A stretch of 64,000 nucleotides of DNA from a virus, in the IMG/VR virus record IMGVR_UViG_3300048672_000386, positions 2,316 to 66,315 of that record. One strand, 5' to 3'. Below the pieces are notes generated by a model. It had not been told where the DNA came from and did not search any database. It saw nothing but the letters and a program-made list of their open reading frames with translations. Every line of letters begins with the position of its first letter. The stretch's first letter is position 1. The position numbers were made by a program, and so were the translations under genes. This document shows, piece by piece, positions 10,218 to 19,763 of the stretch.

Positions 10218-10873
10218 AAGTCTTTAAGTCTTTGGTCAAATTTAAAAGCATCTTTGGTTCTTCGGCTATTTAGTAGATAGGCATTAGGAATACCATACAT
10301 TTGAGCTATCTCGGTACGTTTACCACCCACCCAAGTATGTTCATGAAGTCTGATAAAGATTTTACCTTTAGTTCCTTTAGGTATGAACCCTTTAATACGT
10401 CCTTTAGCTCTAGGAGTAATCCCATCCCTAGCGGTAGCATATATTGGGTCTCTACTCTTTCTACTTATAACAGCTACTTGTTTACGTTGTCCTTTTAGAA
10501 CTGCCGCCCTGACTATTCTATAGTTTCCACCAGATACACTATCAAGATGTGTGTCATATTCAAAACTAGCTAATTTATTATGTTCAACTTTCAAAGTTAT
10601 ATTAGCTAAAGTTCTTACAATATTTCCTTCCAAAATACTTTTAGCAGTTCCTTTAGTCAACGTACTCATAGTAACATACTTTGCAAACTCTTTAGGACTT
10701 CTTTTAGTATATAAACTTGCCGCAGTCTTACACCAATCATTTTTAAAAACAACTAAGTTCTGATTAAACCTTTCTATTTTTAAAGATGACTCGAGATTTT
10801 GAGTCAACCATTTAGTCAGTTCACCTTTGTTAGACCTTCCAGAAGGTGTAATTGGGATTACTAAGTTTGACAT
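10205..10873 (-). CDS. Putative tail completion/neck protein (gpZ-like, basic)
   Basis: Highly basic; FIP..KGKIFIR...MYG motif; follows capsid gene. Confidence 0.5.
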   Translation of the reverse strand: MSNLVIPITPSGRSNKGELTKWLTQNLESSLKIERFNQNLVVFKNDWCKTAASLYTKRSPKEFAKYVTMSTLTKGTAKSILEGNIVRTLANITLKVEHNKLASFEYDTHLDSVSGGNYRIVRAAVLKGQRKQVAVISRKSRDPIYATARDGITPRAKGRIKGFIPKGTKGKIFIRLHEHTWVGGKRTEIAQMYGIPNAYLLNSRRTKDAFKFDQRLKDLWKR

Positions 10874-10951
10874 AACAACTCCTTAAAGGTGTGGACGAAC
10901 TTAGGGAGATAAGCTAAGCCGTCCACTAATCACAGTCTTACAACTGTAACT

Positions 10952-12217
10952 TTACAGGGTAGCTGCTGGAGCAGTGGAACATACTTTCCAACTAACTACA
11001 GTGTTAATATCGGTATGACCTAACAAGAAACTAGAGTGAAGTTCCCACTCAGTATAGCCTGTTTTAGTATTACCCCATTGATTAACCCAACGTTTAGCAG
11101 GAAGCCAAGCTGCTTTAGGGTGCATGATACGACCATAGATTTTCTTACCGTAACTTCTACTTGGTAGGGCTACCACATAACCATCTGGGAAGTATTTAGT
11201 TCTAACCGCAGTATCAATATTGTCATAAGTACCACTATAACCAAAGATAGGAACAGTCATACCTACATCGTCTAACATATAACCACGCAAGAACCAACCT
11301 TGGAAGTTATGAATCATATCCATGATAGGGTTAGTTATTCTTGGAGTCGCATTCTTAGTTAAGTCCCACAAGTCTTTATACTTATCAGCTTTAAGTGCAG
11401 CTTTATACCAAGCCCAAGCATCATCACTCATAACAAAAGCTTCTGTAGAACCAGCACGGTAAGCACAGATTCTATCCATTCTACGAAGTTGTTCAACTGG
11501 GTCAACAACAGAAACAGGTGTTACAGTTGCGGGAGTTCCAGAAGTATTATCTTTAGCATCCCAAGACAAACCACCACCAACGTTAGTTGAGGTATTAGCT
11601 TTTAACGTAGTTAAGTCAACTTCTGGAATCCAATCGTTGTAGATAGCACTTACGTTAGAATCGCGGCTTGCTTGCGTAGTTGCAGTAGAGTTCTCTAACT
11701 TAGTTCTGCCCCAATCGAAAGTAACCAAAGGATGCTGTGCATTATTACCAGAGATAGCAGTTGTATAACTACCATAGACTAATAAATGGGTAGCGCAAAG
11801 CTCTTCTAAATTTTCAATACTTTTATCAGCTCTATCCATATCTTTTGCAAGGATACGGTCATAATTAGCTTGAAAGTTTTGCTCCACTCCGAACTCTTGA
11901 CTAAAACCACGTTGAGAAATCTCAGTTAAGTCAGGGCTTTCAACAGCCGCTTTCGCATAACCAAAAGTCATTTCCTTTGTACCAAAGTTAGGATGTGCAA
12001 ACTTAGCCGCATCAATAGTTGGGGCTACAAAACGTGCAATTAAGTTAGTTGCACCAAACTCATAGTCAATGTTGACTCTATCTTTAGTAGTTGTACTTTC
12101 TTGCCCAAACCACTGAGACATAGCTAAAGGTCTTGGTAAAGGGTTTGCTGTAATTGCACCATCTAAAGTAGGTAAACCACTTCGATAAGGTGTCATTAAG
12201 ATTAAATCACCACTCAT
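10952..12217 (-). CDS. Major capsid protein (lambda gpE-like)
   Basis: IARFVAPT, VTFDWGR, KYFPDGYVV motifs typical of Phage_cap_E; follows decoration protein. Confidence 0.88.
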   Translation of the reverse strand: MSGDLILMTPYRSGLPTLDGAITANPLPRPLAMSQWFGQESTTTKDRVNIDYEFGATNLIARFVAPTIDAAKFAHPNFGTKEMTFGYAKAAVESPDLTEISQRGFSQEFGVEQNFQANYDRILAKDMDRADKSIENLEELCATHLLVYGSYTTAISGNNAQHPLVTFDWGRTKLENSTATTQASRDSNVSAIYNDWIPEVDLTTLKANTSTNVGGGLSWDAKDNTSGTPATVTPVSVVDPVEQLRRMDRICAYRAGSTEAFVMSDDAWAWYKAALKADKYKDLWDLTKNATPRITNPIMDMIHNFQGWFLRGYMLDDVGMTVPIFGYSGTYDNIDTAVRTKYFPDGYVVALPSRSYGKKIYGRIMHPKAAWLPAKRWVNQWGNTKTGYTEWELHSSFLLGHTDINTVVSWKVCSTAPAATL

Positions 12218-13002
12218 TATACTAACTCCTCACCCGCTGTAGGTGTTACGATTTCAAACTCAGTATTCTCTACATACATCTTACGAAGTAAAGGAGTTAC
12301 TGCTCCAGTGTTATAAGCTGAACAAGCTACTGTAGTTCCGTCTGCTTTAGTGATAGTATCCACTGCACCATCTACACCCCAGATAATTTCACTTTCGTAG
12401 GCATAAACCTCAGTATACATAGTTGTAACTATATCTCCAGAAGTTGCGTCTACATCCATAGCTAAAATACCAGAAGGTTTCTGGAAGGTAGTAGAACCAG
12501 CAACAGTTGTAACTGTCTCGGTTAAAGAAGTGTTAGTACCTGTAACTGCAAAGTCTGTTACGTTAGTAATACCAGTTGTAGCATAAGCCCAAAGAGTAGT
12601 AGTGCTTGAAGGGTCAGCTACTAATGTCCAACCTGTTAAAGTACCAGTTACGACTGCATAACCTACATCAGCTTGTGTTAGTAAAGCAGTAATAACTTGA
12701 GCTGCTGTTACTATGCCACCCGTTGCTGTTACTGTAATACCACCTGCAATAGCTGTATCTGTGTCTGCTAAAGTTCCACTAAGAACAAGTTTAGCATATT
12801 CAGAGATGTTACCACCAGCAATCATCTTGCCAGCGGAGTTACTCTTAACAAAGCTTCTTGCTTTTAAGACTTGTCCAGACGCAACTGTAATAGTTTGAGA
12901 CTTTTCAGGGACAAAAGGACGATTGGTAGTTCTTTCAGGGTAGTTTTTGAAGCCCGCATCTTGTTGATGCTCCCAATAACCCATTGTATGTGGACTTTCC
13001 AT
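12217..13002 (-). CDS. Head decoration protein (gpD-like) with inserted domain
   Basis: TITVASGQVLK...GILAMDVDAT gpD-like motifs split by an insert of about 90 aa. Confidence 0.78.
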   Translation of the reverse strand: MESPHTMGYWEHQQDAGFKNYPERTTNRPFVPEKSQTITVASGQVLKARSFVKSNSAGKMIAGGNISEYAKLVLSGTLADTDTAIAGGITVTATGGIVTAAQVITALLTQADVGYAVVTGTLTGWTLVADPSSTTTLWAYATTGITNVTDFAVTGTNTSLTETVTTVAGSTTFQKPSGILAMDVDATSGDIVTTMYTEVYAYESEIIWGVDGAVDTITKADGTTVACSAYNTGAVTPLLRKMYVENTEFEIVTPTAGEELV

Positions 13003-13340
13003 TATTTAGCTCCTTGTTGTTTTAAGAAAGCAGGTAGATAGTGTTCAGAAACTCCAGTTGCTTTTTCAGAAGTTTTACCGAAAGGAACTACAGAAGTGTC
13101 AATTGTCTGCGAGGCATCTTTCTCAGCTCTAATAGTTGTAAAGAAGTCTACAACATCTTCAACATCCCATTTAGCTTTACCTATGGCTTTAATAACAGTT
13201 TCATAGTCAAGATTAAAAGTTTTTGCAGCTTCTAAGATACCTACGGTACGTTCTTTTTCTGCTTTAGTAGCTAAAGCAGAAGCTTGTTTCACCTCAGTTT
13301 CTAAATCTGAGATTTTTTTCAATGCCTCATCTAAAGTCAT
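13002..13340 (-). CDS. Nested in-frame scaffold protein (Nu3-like internal start)
   Basis: AAGGAGAAAACACA-ATG in frame at codon 266 of the protease gene. Confidence 0.6.
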   Translation of the reverse strand: MTLDEALKKISDLETEVKQASALATKAEKERTVGILEAAKTFNLDYETVIKAIGKAKWDVEDVVDFFTTIRAEKDASQTIDTSVVPFGKTSEKATGVSEHYLPAFLKQQGAK

Positions 13341-14135
13341 TGTGTTTTCTCCTTGCTCGCTAAGAGCAGATAGGGTTGGTAAATCATCGTTAGGAATTTC
13401 TAAGGACTTTCCTAATAATTCTAAAGTTGGGGTAAGTTCATTAGCCCCAAAGAGAACAGCACTGTTTTCAAGTACATCTACTTTGGTAACTGCCCAGAAC
13501 ATTCCATATTTATCAGCTTGTTCTTTATTGATAATATCTGGATAGTATTTATCCCATATTTCTTTGTAGCTAATATCTTCTGGAGCAGTAGAATCTAATG
13601 CCAGTCTAAGTTCTTGATACTTTAAACCAATACTATGCTGGTTAATCTTACCATTAGAATAGAACTTAAAGACATCTTCATTATAGTCTTTACGTATTAA
13701 TGTTTCAAAAATAAGGGCAGTGGTACTTCCTTCTTGGGAAAGCCCTAAGTCTTTAAGATTTATTTGTTCAGTATAGACTTTTTGAACATCTCCGACAAAG
13801 GAAGTAACACTATGCTTGTGGTCGAGAATATGCGGGATAGAAGTTCCACGCTTAAAGATACTTTCTTTATAAGCCTCCGCAGTAAGTACGTCATCCTGAG
13901 AGTCCATCCAATTAGCTGTATTGGCAACAACCTTTACAAGTATTGTGTCAGGTTCAATAACTGGTTCTTCACTGGAATCACCTAAAGCTTTAGTAGTATT
14001 TTCTTTAGCTACTACACGCTGAATAATCTGTGGTGAAACTGCACAACTATCAGCAAACTTAACTTTCAGAGTTTTTTCCTGAATAAGTTGTTTTTCATTA
14101 GCTTTAAGTTGGGTAAATAATTCTTTGCGATTCAT
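13002..14135 (-). CDS. Prohead protease (HK97-type) with C-terminal scaffold
   Basis: NWMDSQDD, ILDH, INQHSIG, ENSAVLFGAN motifs; coiled C-terminus. Confidence 0.8.
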   Translation of the reverse strand: MNRKELFTQLKANEKQLIQEKTLKVKFADSCAVSPQIIQRVVAKENTTKALGDSSEEPVIEPDTILVKVVANTANWMDSQDDVLTAEAYKESIFKRGTSIPHILDHKHSVTSFVGDVQKVYTEQINLKDLGLSQEGSTTALIFETLIRKDYNEDVFKFYSNGKINQHSIGLKYQELRLALDSTAPEDISYKEIWDKYYPDIINKEQADKYGMFWAVTKVDVLENSAVLFGANELTPTLELLGKSLEIPNDDLPTLSALSEQGENTMTLDEALKKISDLETEVKQASALATKAEKERTVGILEAAKTFNLDYETVIKAIGKAKWDVEDVVDFFTTIRAEKDASQTIDTSVVPFGKTSEKATGVSEHYLPAFLKQQGAK

Positions 14136-14191
14136 TAGTAGTCTCCTTTTGCGTTATTATAGCATAATGTACAGAAAGTAAAGAAGTTTTT

Positions 14192-14356
14192 TTACTCCGT
14201 ATTGGTTGGAGCTAGAAAAGTTCTGTACCAGCTATGTTTGTAATCTTGCTTATTAGCTGTAAGTATTTTTATACCAGCTATAAAAAATAAACTTGCTAAA
14301 AAGCTTAAACCTAATACTAAGCAACCTTGTAGTAGATATAGTAAAAGCAATAGCAT
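14192..14356 (-). CDS. Small (54 aa) membrane peptide
   Basis: ATG abuts portal stop; MLLLLLYLLQGCLVLGLSFLASLFFIAGIKIL hydrophobic stretch; below ORF track cutoff. Confidence 0.45.
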   Translation of the reverse strand: MLLLLLYLLQGCLVLGLSFLASLFFIAGIKILTANKQDYKHSWYRTFLAPTNTE

Positions 14357-15805
14357 TTAACTTCCCGTTGTAGCTGTAGTAGCTGCACCATTATTCTGCG
14401 CAGGACTTTGTTGCGGTTGCATTAATAACTCGAATAGTCCCATAGCTTTCATAGTTTGAATACTTGCTTCTATCTGTTCACGAGTATAACCTCTCTCTGC
14501 CCATACTTGTTCAATAGGAGTAAAACCACTAGCTACTTCAAGTAAATCAGCCTGACAATCTTTTAAGTCATCGACACCATACCATCTTGGTAGGATAAAA
14601 TTAGGCTTAGCATTTGCAACTTTATACTTTAGTTTTGCATAAGCTTGGAAACGAGTAACTAAAGGTTTCATTTGAGTAGGAATAGTTATAAAGTTATAGA
14701 TAAACTCTATTCTATTTCTCCATTGAATTAGTATAGCTCTTATACTTGAGAAGTCCATACCAGAAGTATCACCTTTAAGTTCAAAGTAAGGCATATTAAG
14801 TGCAGCCGCTATTAATTCAAGCTCACTCTTTATCATTGGAACTAAGTTATTACCAATGTCTGTACTTTGTACTTGTTGAAGTTTCTCTCCTGTTGCTAGA
14901 TAATGTACGCCCCCAGCCGCAGTTCTAAAGATAGTTTTCTTATTAGGGTCATCAGTCGCAGAGTTACCAACTGTGTGTACACTACCTACTGGAGTTCTTA
15001 GCAAGGTATTCCCTTCACTTGCAACTATCCAACTAACGCCAGAGGCATTTGTTTGTTGTTTAACTGTTGCATCACACAAGTCTTCCAGTGCATAAACAGT
15101 TAATAAACAGCTTGTTAGTAATGGAACTCCTATCCACTGATTAGCGTTCTTTCTTTCAAAGCAATTAATGATGTCATTTGCGTCAATAGCTTCTCTTTTC
15201 CAAAGATCTTTTATTGGTAAAGGTTTAATGCTAAAGTATCCTTCTTTAAAGAAGTGATAGGCTAAAGGTTTAGTATTTTGGAAGGTAATACCGTACTTAG
15301 TTACTAAACCATTGTCGTTAAGACTTGGATTATCCATTCCAGTATAGTTAATATCCCAATACTCTGCGGGAATACCTTGGAGTTTTAAAGGAATAGGATG
15401 GTCACTAACTACAGTATGGAGTCTTGTAAGTGCTTTACCGCTTGCAAATCTTTCATGATTACAAGCAACTTGCCAAGTATCAAGATTACCAAAACCGTCT
15501 AGCATTGGGTTTTCTGCCCAACTATCCCATAGGTCTTGCATTATGTTATGCTTACTACCGTCTGGAGAGTTCCAAGTTACTTTAATACTTCCTAGCTTAG
15601 TTGCATACTTGTCTTGTGCAGAAGAGGAAACTGCATTGTTTCTGCACATATAGCGACTACGAGAGATAAGAAAGTTTATCTCAGCTACACCAAGAGTGTC
15701 AGCATCCCCCATACTAGCTTGTCGATGTGCAAGGGAGTATTCTGTACTAGCTGCGGCGTAGTTGGTTCTGTATAAGTCTTGGACTATAAGGGTTGTTTCA
15801 GTCAT
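14357..15805 (-). CDS. Portal protein (lambda type)
   Basis: LISRSRYMCRNN, QWIGVPLL, LKGDTSGMDFSSIR lambda-portal motifs. Confidence 0.92.
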   Translation of the reverse strand: MTETTLIVQDLYRTNYAAASTEYSLAHRQASMGDADTLGVAEINFLISRSRYMCRNNAVSSSAQDKYATKLGSIKVTWNSPDGSKHNIMQDLWDSWAENPMLDGFGNLDTWQVACNHERFASGKALTRLHTVVSDHPIPLKLQGIPAEYWDINYTGMDNPSLNDNGLVTKYGITFQNTKPLAYHFFKEGYFSIKPLPIKDLWKREAIDANDIINCFERKNANQWIGVPLLTSCLLTVYALEDLCDATVKQQTNASGVSWIVASEGNTLLRTPVGSVHTVGNSATDDPNKKTIFRTAAGGVHYLATGEKLQQVQSTDIGNNLVPMIKSELELIAAALNMPYFELKGDTSGMDFSSIRAILIQWRNRIEFIYNFITIPTQMKPLVTRFQAYAKLKYKVANAKPNFILPRWYGVDDLKDCQADLLEVASGFTPIEQVWAERGYTREQIEASIQTMKAMGLFELLMQPQQSPAQNNGAATTATTGS

Positions 15806-16083
15806 TACAAACCTCTACTAACAATAAGTGGGATAGTTGAACCTGAGCGGTAGGCAACCTGCGAAACCTCTTCCAAGGCATCTATCCATTCAAGAAGTTC
15901 TCTACGAAGCTCTTTTAAATCCGCAAGGGAAACTTTATTATTATCATAAACTCTTCTAAACTCCATTGAGCCAATTTCTACTCTTTGTAATAGTTTACCT
16001 TGAATCAGTAGGTCAATCGAAGCATTGACTTTAGCTAGGTCTGCATAAGCTATTGTTAGTTTTTCTTGTCTAGTTAGTGCCAT
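15805..16083 (-). CDS. Head completion protein (gpW-like)
   Basis: Helix-hairpin-helix size; lies between terminase and portal as in lambda. Confidence 0.7.
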   Translation of the reverse strand: MALTRQEKLTIAYADLAKVNASIDLLIQGKLLQRVEIGSMEFRRVYDNNKVSLADLKELRRELLEWIDALEEVSQVAYRSGSTIPLIVSRGL

Positions 16084-16095
16084 TAATTATCTCCG

Positions 16096-16254
16096 TTAGT
16101 TAGGCAAAGACCAAAGATTGATAGGAGGAAGCCTAAAGTCCGACCAACTTAAAATTATTTGTTCAATTTTACCACACTTCTTACAAACTATCTTATTATT
16201 TTCTTTAATAAAGATATGACAAACATGGAAGCCTTTTGAATCCATCGAACTCAT
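16096..16254 (-). CDS. Small hypothetical protein (52 aa, CxxC)
   Basis: AGGAG RBS, MSSMDSKGFHVCH...CKKCG; fills the gap between terminase and gpW. Confidence 0.45.
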   Translation of the reverse strand: MSSMDSKGFHVCHIFIKENNKIVCKKCGKIEQIILSWSDFRLPPINLWSLPN

Positions 16255-16267
16255 CTTACAAGTTCTC

Positions 16268-18232
16268 CTAGTTATACAGGTAGTTTTCTATTTGTTTCCA
16301 ATGTTCAGAAGTATAGGAGGGTATTCCAATAGCATAGGCACACCAAATCACATTCTTCTCAGCATCCATAGCTTCCTTCCTTTTACCACTTACTAATTTG
16401 TAAACTTCTCTTTGTGTTCCACTTCTTACATCAATAAGCTTTCTACAGGACACCATCTGTTCTTCATACTGTCCATAACTTTGTTCATTAAAGAAGTACC
16501 TATCTTGGTTACAACCATCTATAAGGTTAAGTCCCACCCTTCTAAGTATTTCATTATGAGCTTTATGCGCACCAATATTATAAATCTTTACACCCATTGT
16601 TTCTGCAAGACTTCTACGGGCTGATTTGTATGTTAAGGTATCCATTTCAGCAGGTTCGTTATAAATCTCATCATGACTAAATCTTAGTTCATCACTTCCT
16701 TTAGTTGCAAAGACGTGTTCATACCCTTGTATCTGGTTCATCTCAAGAACAAACCTATAAACAAGTTCAGTATTCCAACCACTATCAATCCCACACCCAG
16801 AAATCTTTAAACTCTTACCACCAGTATGAGGATAATCTGCTGTGATAACATTCTTTAGTTCTTCCCAAACAGTGTCTTGATAGTTTTGCGTATTACCGAA
16901 TATCTCTCTCCAAGTTACTAGATAGGAGTTACCATTTCTTCCCCATGCTCTTATAACATAAGCAAACCTGTTAATCTGAACGTCAACTCCCATAGTTAGG
17001 ATAAGCCCGTCACTAGGTACGATACCTTCTGGGTAGTTGCTACGCAGTTTCCTCATTTCTTCAACACTTAAAGCACTAACTCCACTGGCATACGGAACTC
17101 CCATACAAGTATTATAAAAAGCCTTTAGTAAACCTTCCTTGCCTTTAGCATTGTCTACTTCTGCTAAGATTCTTTTCTTTGAAAGTTCAACAAAGTTCCC
17201 ACCATCGAAAGGACTTAATAACTCTGAGAAGATAAACCCGAAAGTATCTGTAACTTCTGGCTTCTTAGCGTGCCAACCTTTAGAGAATCTACCTGTATGG
17301 TCAGTGAAACCATGTTTCTTTCCAGCACGGATATTTAAGTTCTTTTGCTCAAAAGTCCATTCAGTTGAACAACAGGGGCAAAAGAACTTAGCACTGAAAG
17401 GGTCTTGTCTTCCATATTTCTCATCTATTCGTCTTTCACCAAACTCTGCAACTTGTATGGCGGCAAAGCTTGTACTGTCCATAGCTATAAGTTCCCCACA
17501 TTCATGACACTCAGCTTTAAAAACAAGTTGATTAGAATATTTAATAGCTCTTTCGACTTGACAGAAGTCCATATTAGTTGGTGTACTACCGCCTACAAAC
17601 TTTCGCATGACTAAAGGAACAAGTTTCTGACGGTCAAGAAGTGCCGCTACAGTATCGCCTTGATTATTTACGTTATCAGGCGTATCTGCAAACTCTTCAA
17701 CTATGATAGTAGGTACATTATCTGATTTAACTAACGTACCAAGAGTTCTTAATCGTAACCAAGCTCCTTTGAGGTTATAATCAAAAATACTTTTCTTATT
17801 CTCAGATAGTCCTACATCAATAGCTTCCTGTAAGATTGGAGTATTCTCTATTAAAGGTTGTAATTTTCCTTTTCCATATTCCTTAGCTTTATCCTTAGTA
17901 GGAAAGCCTATCAGTGTATTTCTAGGATTAGTATGTATATTTTTTCCTAGCCAATTGTTAATTGTTTCTGTCCAAGCTATACGAGAAGATTTCTGTCCTA
18001 TAATGACTGGGATATAAGGGTTATCCAAGCAGTCATATAGGTATTCCATGTAAGGAGTATAGTCAGGGTCAAACTTACCAATACCAAAGGAAGTCTCTGT
18101 GCTAGTTATACTTCTGTATTTCATTGCCCATTCCATAGAAGATAATCGAAGTATTGGGCGAAAGACCGCTTTAAGACAACTAGATAAGAGTAATCTTTCT
18201 GATATATTATCTAAGGTTCTTTCAATATACAT
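16268..18232 (-). CDS. Terminase large subunit (GpA family)
   Basis: KSSRIAWTE Walker A variant, GGSTPT, CHEC/CPCC, MGVDVQ, GIDSG, EAMD nuclease motifs. Confidence 0.95.
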   Translation of the reverse strand: MYIERTLDNISERLLLSSCLKAVFRPILRLSSMEWAMKYRSITSTETSFGIGKFDPDYTPYMEYLYDCLDNPYIPVIIGQKSSRIAWTETINNWLGKNIHTNPRNTLIGFPTKDKAKEYGKGKLQPLIENTPILQEAIDVGLSENKKSIFDYNLKGAWLRLRTLGTLVKSDNVPTIIVEEFADTPDNVNNQGDTVAALLDRQKLVPLVMRKFVGGSTPTNMDFCQVERAIKYSNQLVFKAECHECGELIAMDSTSFAAIQVAEFGERRIDEKYGRQDPFSAKFFCPCCSTEWTFEQKNLNIRAGKKHGFTDHTGRFSKGWHAKKPEVTDTFGFIFSELLSPFDGGNFVELSKKRILAEVDNAKGKEGLLKAFYNTCMGVPYASGVSALSVEEMRKLRSNYPEGIVPSDGLILTMGVDVQINRFAYVIRAWGRNGNSYLVTWREIFGNTQNYQDTVWEELKNVITADYPHTGGKSLKISGCGIDSGWNTELVYRFVLEMNQIQGYEHVFATKGSDELRFSHDEIYNEPAEMDTLTYKSARRSLAETMGVKIYNIGAHKAHNEILRRVGLNLIDGCNQDRYFFNEQSYGQYEEQMVSCRKLIDVRSGTQREVYKLVSGKRKEAMDAEKNVIWCAYAIGIPSYTSEHWKQIENYLYN

Positions 18233-18850
18233 TTAAGAATCTTCCCTAGTGAAGTCAAAGGTATTTGTAATCTCTTCTATAGAAAATTCAGTCTTTAACT
18301 TAGTTGTTACATAGTTTTGCTTATCTAAGATAGCATCTTCTTCTAGTTGAAGGGCTAGGTCATAGATTTCTTTAATACACTTATCAATAACTTCCTGTAC
18401 TTCTGGATTTTCCTCAGCCGTGTGGCGAAGCATATTACAAATGTTAGTAAAAGAAGAAAGAAGTAGAGATTCTATATTGTTTTTAGCAACATATTCTAAC
18501 CTAGAAGCTAAGACTTTTATTAATAATTCTTCTTGTCTAGTCTTATCAAGGTTAATCTTTTGTATTTTCTCAGCTATAGTAACTTGGTCTAATTGGTCGC
18601 GGAGTTCTGTATTTTTGAATCTTGGTTTAGCTTCTGCTTCAACAAGTTTAGCTTTAGCCGCTAACTCCTTAATTTCCTTATTATACCTATAGTGATTAAC
18701 TAAGGTAGTAAAATAATCTTGATAGGTAACACAATCTCTAAAAGTACCTGCGTCAGTAAGGTCTTTCCATGTCTTACCATTAAGTCCGCAAAGTCCATAA
18801 ACCCTACTAAGAACTGCTGTATCTGTTGAATTTTCTATATAACTAGCCAT
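18233..18850 (-). CDS. Terminase small subunit (putative)
   Basis: Directly upstream of terL; N-terminal HTH-like region plus coiled coil. Confidence 0.7.
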   Translation of the reverse strand: MASYIENSTDTAVLSRVYGLCGLNGKTWKDLTDAGTFRDCVTYQDYFTTLVNHYRYNKEIKELAAKAKLVEAEAKPRFKNTELRDQLDQVTIAEKIQKINLDKTRQEELLIKVLASRLEYVAKNNIESLLLSSFTNICNMLRHTAEENPEVQEVIDKCIKEIYDLALQLEEDAILDKQNYVTTKLKTEFSIEEITNTFDFTREDS

Positions 18851-18859
18851 AAACTTACT

Positions 18860-19144
18860 CTATTTAGTATTATGAATGTAACCTTCTAAGGCATAATAGG
18901 CTAAGATAAGTCCCATTATATACTTTACAGCTCTGCCTAAGAATGTTGAAATCTTTATAGCTTGTTGTGCTGTTTCATAAGCATCTACTATCGCTTGTGT
19001 GGAGGTTGTTAGTTCATCTAGTTTATGACTAAGTGAATTTAAGGAAGCTGTAGTTTGCTGCTTGTAAATTTCTTCTGCAACTATATGGTCTTCTAAAAGC
19101 TTTCTATAATCTATCTCCATTGTATTGCTTATTTTATCATTCAT
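18860..19144 (-). CDS. Coiled-coil protein with C-terminal TM helix (holin/XhlA-like)
   Basis: Single C-terminal hydrophobic helix; first gene of the head operon. Confidence 0.45.
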   Translation of the reverse strand: MNDKISNTMEIDYRKLLEDHIVAEEIYKQQTTASLNSLSHKLDELTTSTQAIVDAYETAQQAIKISTFLGRAVKYIMGLILAYYALEGYIHNTK

Positions 19145-19185
19145 ATAAGTACCTTATTTAATGGTGTAACTTTTAATTTTATGGT

Positions 19186-19215
19186 ACTATAGCGTATATT
19201 TTATAAACCTGTCAA
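19186..19215 (-). promoter_or_regulatory. Sigma70-like promoter of head/tail operon
   Basis: TTGACA-18-TATAGT in the short divergent gap. Confidence 0.7.
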
Positions 19216-19221
19216 GCCATT

Positions 19222-19746
19222 ATGCCAGACGAAAACTTACAACTTATCCAACAGCTAGAGTTACCTAACCTTGTAGAACTATTTGAAGTAGTTTACAATG
19301 GTGTTACTTATAGACTAACTAATGGAATAAGAAGTGGCAGTATTTGGTGGAATGGAGAAGCGTTCTCTGCTTTTCCAGTGGTTATAACTGATGTTACTTT
19401 TAATGAGACTAATAGTAATGATACTCCAAAGTTATCTGTCGCTAAAAGGGATGCTTATTGGTTATCAGCGGTTTATAAATTGCCTAATCTTAAAGGTGCA
19501 AAAGTTACTTATATACAAACTACTGAAAATTATGTTGGGGTAGATAGTTTAAGTAGTACACCATTATATTTAATGAAGCGACACTTTACAATTGACCAAA
19601 TGCTGAGTAAGCAAGCAGGGCAATTAGTTTATGGTTTGGGAACTTATACTAATTTTAAGCAAATGAAGTACCCAAGACGACAAATGCTTAGGGATGGTTT
19701 ACCTAAGTTAAGATTTGCTGGGCTTGGCTATACCAAGACTTCCTAA
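19222..19746 (+). CDS. Minor tail protein L-like (short, lacks Cys-rich C-terminus)
   Basis: LVELFE...IWWNGEAFSAFPV...LKGAKVT...YPRRQ. Confidence 0.8.
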   Translation: MPDENLQLIQQLELPNLVELFEVVYNGVTYRLTNGIRSGSIWWNGEAFSAFPVVITDVTFNETNSNDTPKLSVAKRDAYWLSAVYKLPNLKGAKVTYIQTTENYVGVDSLSSTPLYLMKRHFTIDQMLSKQAGQLVYGLGTYTNFKQMKYPRRQMLRDGLPKLRFAGLGYTKTS

Positions 19747-19763
19747 ATCAACTAACAAACATA

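Noticed and set aside
8300-18692. Plus-strand ORFs overlapping structural genes, and similar shadows in 42-61 kb
   Set aside because: Antisense or off-frame to well-supported genes, with no RBS or recognisable motifs
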